Part shown: positions 41,795 to 49,266 of the stretch, piece by piece
Layout of the letters: every line of letters starts with the position of its first letter
Numbering within the stretch: the stretch's first letter is position 1
Source: an uncultured Thermoplasmata archaeon
Lineage (GTDB): Archaea > Thermoplasmatota > Thermoplasmata > UBA10834
NCBI GenBank assembly: GCA_963705355.1
Contig: OY970070.1
Span: forward strand, 91,056-155,055
Direction: 5' to 3'
DNA length: 64,000 nucleotides
Notes under the pieces: generated by a model
Databases searched by the model: none
What the model was told of the DNA's origin: nothing
Seen by the model: only the letters and a program-made list of their open reading frames with translations
Program-made: the position numbers and the translations under genes

Positions 41795-43479
41795 GTCCGG
41801 AGGACTCCCACAGTAGAGAGGCCATCAACAACACGAGTCTCTCCAGCTCTGTGCTCAACAAGTCGTTTGTCAGTGATCTTCGCAAGAATCGGGAACGGTA
41901 CAGGGTTCATCTGGCCCGCAAAGATCAACTCACCTCGATCGAGCGTCGTTAGCCTGCTGAGCAGCGAAGGAGGAAGGCCTCCCGTCACGCTTCTCACAAA
42001 ACTCACGTCTTCGTGAGATATCTTGTGCAGGAAAAACGTGTTGCACATTGAAACTACAATTTGGTCAACAAAACGAGGGCTCTGGGATATCACGCACAAT
42101 GATAGACCAAACTTCCGTCCTTGAGTGGATATGTCGGACAGTTTGCGCTGAGCCAGACTATATGATATCGGATAGTTGCTGTTCGGAGCGAAATTGTGTG
42201 CCTCCTCGAGCACGAAAATGAGGTATCGAGCGTCCCCTCTGACTTTGAAATCTGTGAACCTATTTAGAAGTAAAGTCGCGAGATACGTCACGACCAGTTG
42301 TTTGATCCGAAGGTCTACACCCGGTGCCCCTTCGGCCGAAAAATCGATGATCGAAAGACCATGATTGCTTGTCATATCGTCGACGAAATCTTGATGAGGA
42401 TCGGAAATGGGCGACTGTGCTGAGAGGAGTCGATGTCTATTCTCCACAACGCCAACAAAGTTGTCCAGAGCTCTTGCGGCACCTGATGCCGAAGCAGGAT
42501 GCACTACCTGCTGAGGAAGCTGCAGAATTGTTGTCCGCAAAGTTGCAAGAAGAGTTCGGTCCTGGAGCACGGCCTGCATGCTGTCGTAGCCTCTGAGCTG
42601 CATCTGATCGAACCCTTCTTCTATCGCTCGCACTTGGAGATCCGCCCCTTCGAGAGTCCCCTTGTGAAACAGAACCACAGTCTCGGCAATCTCCCTAGGC
42701 GACAAGCGATCGAGGTTTATTCCTATGGGACAAACAACGTTTTTAAGCCTGTTTGCCCGCAGAGTAGGGTTGTATGTGAGAGCCTCTGGAAAAACAAACC
42801 TTTTCACCCAGGCATACTCACCGAACTTTCTACCATCTGAAGCGTAATCAGAGTAAGGCACGTAATCACCGTGTGCGTCTACTACGACCATGGGATAGGC
42901 AAATGAAGATCCGTCGCGACCTGAAGGTATTTTCGAGAGTTTCTCCAGTAAGACCCCCATATCATATGACTTGCCACTACCAGTTGTTCCGAAAACTGCC
43001 ATGTGCATTGGAGCGAATTCGACATCCATGGGAACCGGTGCATCAGGGTAGCCTGAAAGAGAGCCGAACCACGCGATGCCGCTATCTCCTCTCTTCTTGC
43101 CGAAGATAGCCTCAGCGTCTCGGGAGATGTCAAGCCTATAGACATTCTCGCCAGGAGCAGGAGGCGTTCGAATAACGCCACGAGGGATAAGCGTCAGGAG
43201 CTCCAACTTGGCAATTTCATATTGGCGAGCCACTTCTTCTGGGATTGGCACATTTTTCCTGCGAGCCTCACTCCAGGCATCACCGGCCGTGTAGAATGCA
43301 TTGTATGGAATCACCTGGCTGACTCTCGCAAGAATCCTTTGTGATCCTCTATTGAGATCCACAATGAGCATCAGTCCTTCATGGATCTGCCCTCGCTCCG
43401 ATTTCTCCAGTAGTTGACAGAACGCCTCCTGCGTCGTAGCCTCGCTCAGGGTCACCGCTATTGGCTCGTGGTCTTTCAT
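41791..43479 (-). CDS. HerA-like (DUF87, FtsK/HerA superfamily) ATPase
   Basis: N-terminal HAS-barrel-like segment (GLMLIVDLNRGSQRILARVSQV), Walker A VFGTTGSGKS, and Walker B LIFVLEEAHNFAP. Confidence 0.8.
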   Translation of the reverse strand: MKDHEPIAVTLSEATTQEAFCQLLEKSERGQIHEGLMLIVDLNRGSQRILARVSQVIPYNAFYTAGDAWSEARRKNVPIPEEVARQYEIAKLELLTLIPRGVIRTPPAPGENVYRLDISRDAEAIFGKKRGDSGIAWFGSLSGYPDAPVPMDVEFAPMHMAVFGTTGSGKSYDMGVLLEKLSKIPSGRDGSSFAYPMVVVDAHGDYVPYSDYASDGRKFGEYAWVKRFVFPEALTYNPTLRANRLKNVVCPIGINLDRLSPREIAETVVLFHKGTLEGADLQVRAIEEGFDQMQLRGYDSMQAVLQDRTLLATLRTTILQLPQQVVHPASASGAARALDNFVGVVENRHRLLSAQSPISDPHQDFVDDMTSNHGLSIIDFSAEGAPGVDLRIKQLVVTYLATLLLNRFTDFKVRGDARYLIFVLEEAHNFAPNSNYPISYSLAQRKLSDISTQGRKFGLSLCVISQSPRFVDQIVVSMCNTFFLHKISHEDVSFVRSVTGGLPPSLLSRLTTLDRGELIFAGQMNPVPFPILAKITDKRLVEHRAGETRVVDGLSTVGVLRT

Positions 43480-43483
43480 ATCA

Positions 43484-44599
43484 TCACCTCAGCTGTAAAG
43501 AGATTATCTGCCCAAATCTGTCCGTCACCTTTCCCCTGCTCATGATGTCGTCATAGAGGACTTCAGCGCATCCCTGACGAATCTTGCACTTCTCGTCAGC
43601 CAGTCTCACGGGCAGAGGAATGTCCTGCCCCGGATACGTCCAATCAGATGCGTTTCTTACTGCGTTTCTCGCGAGCTTGACCAATTCTTTCTGGTCATCC
43701 ATCACATCGGACGACTCGATGAGATCGAGTCTTAGTACTTTTGCAGACGCATCTTTTTGAAAGAATACGTATCCTACCTTTAGACCTCTATCTTCATAGA
43801 CCCTGTAAGCTCCGCCTTGTCTGACAACGAGCGGTCGAGTGAATAGCGGTCCAGAAGCACCTTGTTCTCTCAACTTTGTGAACAAGTATAGGAATAGATG
43901 CTGGTCGCTTGGGAAACTGTCACGCCAAGCTGGTTCTATGACGCTCTCTTCGACCAAATAGTCCCTGATGAAGCGATCTCTGGACTTCTTGACGCAACCC
44001 ACTACCTGGCTTGTTTCAAGGTTGGTTCTCAGCGCCTCAGTTCTATATTCAATAAATGCATTCTCTTGATACGAGGGCGGGTCCACAATCGGGCCGTCAA
44101 TGAAAACGATAGACTTCTTTCTTCTGGAACCCCAGTTCATTAGAGCCTTGTTCTCTCCCACCATCATTCTTATTGCACATTCTAGGTTGATATTGAAGGT
44201 CTCGCTAGTTTCCTGTATCTCCTCAATGTGCGCATCAAAGACATCAACCACAGGAATCGAGGAAACGCCGCCGTCAAAGACTATTCTGGCAACGCTCATC
44301 GGGACGTACCAGAGACCACCCACTCCACCTATCGGAAAGAAGCTCCCGTCTATCCCCGCTGCGACGCTCATCAAGGAAGCACCCGTAAGCTCAACCTCAT
44401 CAAGGAGGATCGATTTGTCCTTCATCGTGTCTATGATTCTACTGCAGATGTCTTTCAATCGCCGGTGTTCTAGCTGGACCTTCTTACCCTTTCCAACAGC
44501 GTCATTGACAAGCGAAGACAGCGTCTCCGCTTCAGTCTTGTTGAATTGTATTTGGCGAAGAGCCTCCTGGAGTTCGTTCTCATTCATCGGACAAGCCAT
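43484..44599 (-). CDS. NurA-like nuclease
   Basis: The NurA motif series is present: VAAGIDGSF, IVFIDGPIVDPP, VVGCVKKSRDRF, SDQHLF and YPGQDIPLPVRLADEKCKI. It lies 4 nt upstream of the HerA-like gene. Confidence 0.7.
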   Translation of the reverse strand: MACPMNENELQEALRQIQFNKTEAETLSSLVNDAVGKGKKVQLEHRRLKDICSRIIDTMKDKSILLDEVELTGASLMSVAAGIDGSFFPIGGVGGLWYVPMSVARIVFDGGVSSIPVVDVFDAHIEEIQETSETFNINLECAIRMMVGENKALMNWGSRRKKSIVFIDGPIVDPPSYQENAFIEYRTEALRTNLETSQVVGCVKKSRDRFIRDYLVEESVIEPAWRDSFPSDQHLFLYLFTKLREQGASGPLFTRPLVVRQGGAYRVYEDRGLKVGYVFFQKDASAKVLRLDLIESSDVMDDQKELVKLARNAVRNASDWTYPGQDIPLPVRLADEKCKIRQGCAEVLYDDIMSRGKVTDRFGQIISLQLR

Positions 44600-44747
44600 C
44601 TCCTCCTCGAACGACGGATATTCCGTGCTCTAATGCTAGGCGAGCTTCTGAGTGCGCCTCTTTGATGGTCTCTTGTGCCTAAATGCCTTTTGGTTTGGCC
44701 AGATTGATCGGCATTGGAACTGGGATGGAGTCAGTATCTCCGCGATA

Positions 44748-45482
44748 TCATATGGAATCAGGTGATACCACCCGATTGGGGCCACCATTCTTGGAATGGT
44801 ACTCCGTGGGATCACAGATACCGGCACTCAGGAATGCCTCATGCCTTCGAACGCATGCTCCGCAAGTCCCGCAATGTAACCCTCCGTGTTTTGCTGAATT
44901 CTCGTAGCAGCTCCAAGACGCACGGACCATTGCCTCTCCGACCGACTGCGTCATGAGCCACTTGATAGCTTGGCCTTTTGTGATACTGATCAATGGTGCG
45001 ATGAACTTTATGCGAGAATTGTCATCATTGCTCTCAATGCACTCTCTTATGACATCATTCAATGACGAGACGAATTCTGGGGATGAATCAGCCACGATCT
45101 CACTGTCATCTTTGGTGAAACCCATGACGATTAGGCTTGAGCATGTGTGAAAGGCTACTGAAGCGTACGACACAGCAACGGCCCCAAGAACGAGATTCCT
45201 TCCATAGGGAAACGCACAGGGATTCAGCTCCTTCTGTCTCGCGTACCAGGGCATGGTTATAACGTTTTCGCATAGCTTATCGGCGCCAACCATCCTCGAA
45301 ATCTCCATCACAGCTCGTCGCTCGTCATCATAGGCACTCTGACCTCTGTTGACGAACAACGGCTCTACTCGCTTAATGCCGAGATCGTTCATCGCTCTGA
45401 TCGTTGCTATTGCGGAATCCAATCCTCCGGACAAAAGAGGTACAAGCAACCGCTTGGCATGTTCACTGTCATTGCTGCTCAA
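44748..45482 (-). CDS. QueC-family PP-loop ATPase (7-cyano-7-deazaguanine synthase-like; Cap9/QatC-like)
   Basis: PP-loop LLSGGLDSAIA. The C-terminal zinc cluster SCYENSAKHGGLHCGTCGACVRRHEAF is typical of QueC. Confidence 0.8.
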   Translation of the reverse strand: MSSNDSEHAKRLLVPLLSGGLDSAIATIRAMNDLGIKRVEPLFVNRGQSAYDDERRAVMEISRMVGADKLCENVITMPWYARQKELNPCAFPYGRNLVLGAVAVSYASVAFHTCSSLIVMGFTKDDSEIVADSSPEFVSSLNDVIRECIESNDDNSRIKFIAPLISITKGQAIKWLMTQSVGEAMVRASWSCYENSAKHGGLHCGTCGACVRRHEAFLSAGICDPTEYHSKNGGPNRVVSPDSI

Positions 45483-45949
45483 TGATGTCGCCCCCGTACG
45501 AATGCGACTGCCAACGAACGTGGCCGGTATCAGTCTCTGCCTATAAGTCGGTCCCGACTGGATTCGCTCTCATGACAGGACTGCACTCCAGTAAGATCAT
45601 AAATGCTCGTCTGATTGAGATATAGTCCGAACCAAAACGAGAAACCATTTCGAGCGAAAGGATCAGTCTAAACAGCATATGCACTCTCTGCGGCTCCTCC
45701 CCAATCCACACATGGAGAGATTCAGGAAGACCTTGATCTACAATCTAGGTCAATCACACTTTCTCGAGACCGTCTGATTAATGGTCCAACTGGAGAGCGA
45801 CGGGCGCTTCTGGAACAAATGGAGTAGGATACGCATGGCAGAGTGCATTCAATGGGATGCAAACCTGCTTTCGGTTTGTACTCTCCTTGAGTCGTAACGA
45901 CGAATTGCTCATGTTCAAACTGGCATCTCAGCCGCGTATGCACGGGCGT

Positions 45950-46291
45950 GTATACGCAACTACACATCGTATACTCCGTAGACACGTACAATGTAGACGC
46001 GTTTTCACAGCGTATACACTGAGGATGCTGGAGGTAGACACATTCTCTTCTGTCAAGACTTGAAGAACTAGTCCGCAGCTTAGGCTTCTACCCCGTACAG
46101 TTTACGGCTAGTTTACGGCACCGCGTCATGAGATCCGAGTTATGTGATTTTGGTTCGAGCGGTTCCAGGCAAAGGAAATCAGGGACCCATAGCACGCATC
46201 CGTAAACAGGCGTATACGCAGGTTTACACGGAGATACTGATAGTCTACAATACCGGTCAAGATTCATCGTGTCTACATGAGAGCGTCTACA
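45950..46291. repeat. iteron-like repeat cluster in an ORF-poor 1.1-kb region
   Basis: GTAGAC(A/G)C occurs three times forward (45979, 45994, 46035) and GTCTAC three times inverted (46243, 46271, 46285). There is a tandem AGTTTACGGC pair (46099-46108, 46110-46119) plus an inverted copy at 46200-46207. GTATAC cores lie at 45950, 45969, 46012 and 46212, the last within the perfect palindrome GCGTATACGC at 46210-46219. Confidence 0.75.
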
Positions 46292-46581
46292 AGCTAGCAA
46301 TGTAAGTCACAAGACACGGATGGGAACTCTCTCGAACCCATGTATGATTCACGATCTGGAGAGGGCGGTTCACGGTCCAGGCACTCGAACCGATCTGTGC
46401 AGGTCACGTGGCGTGCAAATAGATAAAGCATTATGAAATTATATATCTCAGATGTGGGATATTTATCATGCCAGCATCACAAGAACGCTTTTCTCTCACC
46501 TGAGCAGCCTAGATAATCCATGCTTGTTATCGACCTCTTATCGGCAGTACCTTATATCTTGTAACGCCCCAAAGAATCCTC

Positions 46582-46833
46582 ATGAAGATCGTAATAAAAG
46601 TAGATGGAAAAGAGCTAGACGATGAACTGCTGCACGAGACCGAAGTGGTCAGCGCAAGGCTTCCCGACGTGCTCGTTTGCTGGGCGCGCGAGGCGATAGA
46701 AAACGAATTGAATGGTGATCGCACCATGACCGAGTTCATCACCTCAGCCGTCGTGTATTGGCTCCTCACCAATGAGCTGATCGGATTCGAGGGCTACGAT
46801 GAGGAATCGGATACGATGACCATATCGGTGTAA
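46582..46833 (+). CDS. small acidic hypothetical protein
   Basis: 83-aa ORF following the iteron region. No motif recognised. Confidence 0.35.
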   Translation: MKIVIKVDGKELDDELLHETEVVSARLPDVLVCWAREAIENELNGDRTMTEFITSAVVYWLLTNELIGFEGYDEESDTMTISV

Positions 46834-46867
46834 CAACGTACTCGGACAACCATGCGGTACGGGAGGC

Positions 46868-46905
46868 GAGGAGTAGCTACGGTGTTCAAATCTAATCCCG
46901 AATCT
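46868..46905 (+). other. decayed copy of the tRNA-Leu(CAA) variable-arm/T-arm (candidate attR)
   Basis: GCGAGGAGTAGCTACGGTGTTCAAATCTAATCCCGAATCTCG compares with the tRNA 3' part GCAGGAGTCCCCCGGTTCAAATCCGGGCCCTCGCA in the same orientation. AGGAGT and CGGT(G)TTCAAATC are shared. Confidence 0.45.
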
Positions 46906-46933
46906 CGTGTTCTTCAGGCCCACCACAGTTCCG

Positions 46934-46978
46934 TCGCCAATCATGAGCCGGGGTTCACGGGCTAGATTCAGTTTCTAG
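46934..46978 (+). other. fragment resembling the 5' half (D arm + anticodon arm) of a tRNA-Leu(CAG)
   Basis: GCCAA-tcatga-GCCGGGGTTCACGGGCTAGATTCAGTTTCTAG compares with the 49.2-kb gene GCCAAGCCTGGTCAACGGCGCTAGATTCAGGGTCTAG. The block GCTAGATTCAG..TCTAG is identical. Confidence 0.5.
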
Positions 46979-47536
46979 AAGAATGCGCTTTTCCCATTAG
47001 CAGATCGTCATGTAGTTACACCGCTTGCATTTCCAGGGAGCAGGATTCGGAGAGAAGTCCTCCTTTTTGTTGATCTGAAGCATCTCACAGCAGGGAGCAG
47101 CCTGTACTTGCCTGTGAATGTGGACGGGGGGCTCCTTTTCCTGGGAGATCCCCACGTGGCACAGGGAGACGGCGAGGTGTTCTCAAGCGCGATAGAAGCG
47201 CCTCTCTCGGCAACGGTAAGATTGTCGGTCAGAGAAGATTTAGACCATCTGGATCCTCTGGCCTATGTCGTCAGGAAACCGAGAGTGCACGACGCCTACA
47301 GCAAGGGCTACATGGGATTCGTGGGAGTGGCAAAGACGATCGATGAGGCCACGGATATCGCCTGCATGAAGGCTCTGGGCTATTTTTGCAGCAAGCCCGA
47401 CATGACGCCTCAGAAGACGGCGATTCTACTCGGCGTCGCCCTAGACCTGACGATAAACGAGATTCCAGACAAGCCAAACAAGGTCGTCAGCGGGATCGTC
47501 CCCCTATCCATATTCAAAGGACTCAGATTACCGTAG
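46979..47536 (+). pseudogene. 5'-truncated acetamidase/formamidase-family gene (C-terminal about 40% only)
   Basis: VDLKHLTAGSSLYLPVNVDGGLLFLGDPHVAQGDGEV matches the family core (D.K.L..GS.LYLPV.V.GA..S.GD.HA.QGDGE). The frame is closed by a TAG at 46976-46978 inside the tRNA-like fragment, and the N-terminal half is absent. Confidence 0.7.
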
Positions 47537-47724
47537 ATCCTGTCCAATTAGAGGAACTGCCTTTCCTCGGGCGGAGCAGGCGAAGTCATACCGACAGTCC
47601 AGGGCTTGTCAATCGTGAAACAAGCGTTTGAGGTCGAGTTGATGGGAAACAGTTTTAATCGCGCGAGTTGTTCTCGGAATCCTGACCGCATTTTCATCTC
47701 AACGGCGATCAGGAGGCTGCAAAC

Positions 47725-48930
47725 TTGAAAGCGAGAGACTATATCAAACTGGAACAGACGTATGGCGCGCACAACTACCACCCACTACCAGTCGTGATAT
47801 CGAAGGCGAAGGGCGTGTGGGTCTGGGACGTCGACGGGAAGAAATACATCGACATGCTGAGCTCGTATTCGGCAATCAACCAGGGGCATCTACACCCTAA
47901 GATCGTCAAGGCCGCGATCACCCAGATGAGGAGAGTCACACTGACATCAAGAGCTTTCTCCAACGACAAGATGGGGCCTTTCATGAAGAAGCTGTGCAGG
48001 GTCGCTGGAATGGAAATGGCGCTCCCCATGAACACGGGGGCTGAAGCTGTCGAGACATCGATCAAGATGGCCAGAAGATGGGCACATCAGACCATGGACA
48101 TACCCGAGAATGAAGGAGAGATAATCGTCTGTGAGAACAACTTCCATGGCAGGACGACCACAATCATCAGCTTCTCGAGCGATCCCGATTCCAAGAAGGG
48201 GTTCGGCCCTTACACCCCTGGATTCGTGACAATCCCCTATGATGACATACCGGCGTTCGAGAAAGCCATTGGCCCGAACACAATTGGCATGCTCGTCGAG
48301 CCCATTCAAGGCGAAGCTGGCATAAACGTACCCGCCAAGGGTTACCTGAAGGGGCTGAGAAGGATATGCGACGAGAAGGGCATACTGCTTATTCTTGATG
48401 AAATTCAGACGGGATTCGGCAGGACAGGTAAGATGTTCGCGTTCCAGCACGAGGGCATAAAACCGGACATCCTGTGCGTCGGCAAAGCCCTCGGCGGCGG
48501 CCTGTACCCGGTATCTGCCTCGCTCTCGAGCAGGAAGATAATGAGCGTCTTCACCCCTGGCAGTCATGGCAGTACCTTTGGCGGAAATCCGCTGGCGGCT
48601 GCCATCGGCATTGCCTCGTTGGACGTGCTGGTTGACGAGAAGTTGTCCAGCAATGCGAAGAAGATGGGCGGATATTTCGTCAAGAGCCTCAAGCAGATCA
48701 AGTCTGACAGGATCAAGGTGATCCGGGACATGGGGCTGCTCATAGGCGTCGAATTCCACCTCGGGAAGGACGAAACCGTTCGCCCCATTTGCGAGAGTCT
48801 CATGAAGAAAGGTGTTCTGGCGAAGGACACACACGAGAAGACGATTAGGTTTGCCCCGCCTTTGGTCATCACGAAGAAAGAGATCGACTGGGCGATGGAA
48901 AGGATAACTGAGGTCTTCGAGAGCGTATGA
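47725..48930 (+). CDS. rocD: ornithine aminotransferase (class III PLP aminotransferase)
   Basis: YGAHNYHPLPVVISKAKGVWVWDVDGKKYIDMLSSYSAINQGH, DEIQTGFGRTG and the PLP Lys in CVGKALGGG. TTG start. Confidence 0.88.
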   Translation: MKARDYIKLEQTYGAHNYHPLPVVISKAKGVWVWDVDGKKYIDMLSSYSAINQGHLHPKIVKAAITQMRRVTLTSRAFSNDKMGPFMKKLCRVAGMEMALPMNTGAEAVETSIKMARRWAHQTMDIPENEGEIIVCENNFHGRTTTIISFSSDPDSKKGFGPYTPGFVTIPYDDIPAFEKAIGPNTIGMLVEPIQGEAGINVPAKGYLKGLRRICDEKGILLILDEIQTGFGRTGKMFAFQHEGIKPDILCVGKALGGGLYPVSASLSSRKIMSVFTPGSHGSTFGGNPLAAAIGIASLDVLVDEKLSSNAKKMGGYFVKSLKQIKSDRIKVIRDMGLLIGVEFHLGKDETVRPICESLMKKGVLAKDTHEKTIRFAPPLVITKKEIDWAMERITEVFESV

Positions 48931-49179
48931 AGGAGGCAGGAAGCCTCTGCCTTGAACGCTCTGGACATAATGGGCCATTCTGGCGAGAATGGGAAAACGG
49001 GGCAGGTTCGTGAAGGGCTGCAATGCCCTCCTTTCTGCCATCCTTTGTTCGTCACGCGAGTCATACTGACGGACGAACATCCAATTAAGCCCGCTCCATT
49101 CCCGTCCCATGTCAATCACGGTCTATGTCGGGACAAGCAAAAGGTGACTCGGCGTCCTCGAAGCGACTGCGAAGCGAAA

Positions 49180-49266
49180 TGTACCCTCGTACGGATTTGA
49201 ACCGGCGGACGCCTGCGCGACTAGACCCTGAATCTAGCGCCGTTGACCAGGCTTGGCTATCCCTGC
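49180..49266 (-). pseudogene. tRNA-Leu(CAG)-like gene with a non-pairing 3' end
   Basis: The sense strand GCAGGGATAGCCAAGCCTGGTCAACGGCGCTAGATTCAGGGTCTAGTCGCGCAGGCGTCCGCCGGTTCAAATCCG folds correctly up to the T loop (49192-49266). It then continues TACGAGGGTAC instead of the expected GC-TCCCTGC-A. A TATA-like TTATTTATG lies about 45 nt upstream. Confidence 0.6.

Larger units (their letters stand above)
31516..46978. mobile_element. integrated element / genomic island at the 3' end of tRNA-Leu(CAA)
   Basis: It starts with a tRNA followed by an RHH protein and a tyrosine recombinase. GC looks lower by eye (two 60-nt samples: 45% here vs 55% in the core). Cargo is defence-type, there is an iteron-rich ORF-poor region, and tRNA-Leu-like fragments at 46868-46978 abut a truncated host gene. 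Confidence 0.7.

Noticed and set aside
45950-46291. CRISPR array.
   Set aside because: The repeats are 8-10 nt, irregularly spaced and present in both orientations. There are no 25-40-nt repeats with uniform spacers here or anywhere else in the window, and no cas genes.
47089-47097. GCTCCCTGC on the minus strand, a 9-mer equal to the expected missing 3' end (T-stem GC plus acceptor TCCCTGC) of the defective tRNA-Leu(CAG).
   Set aside because: A 9-mer is expected by chance about once in two windows of this size. It also lies in frame inside the conserved acetamidase motif (A-G-S of TAGSSLYLPV), and the flanking bases do not match the tRNA.
31431-49266. The idea that the two convergent tRNA-Leu genes, which share CCGGTTCAAATCCG, recombined and inverted the intervening 18 kb, swapping their 3' ends.
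   Set aside because: The tRNA-Leu(CAA) acceptor stem pairs perfectly (GCGAGGG/CCCTCGC), so it did not receive a foreign 3' end. The CAG gene's 3' sequence does not match the CAA acceptor strand in the required orientation.
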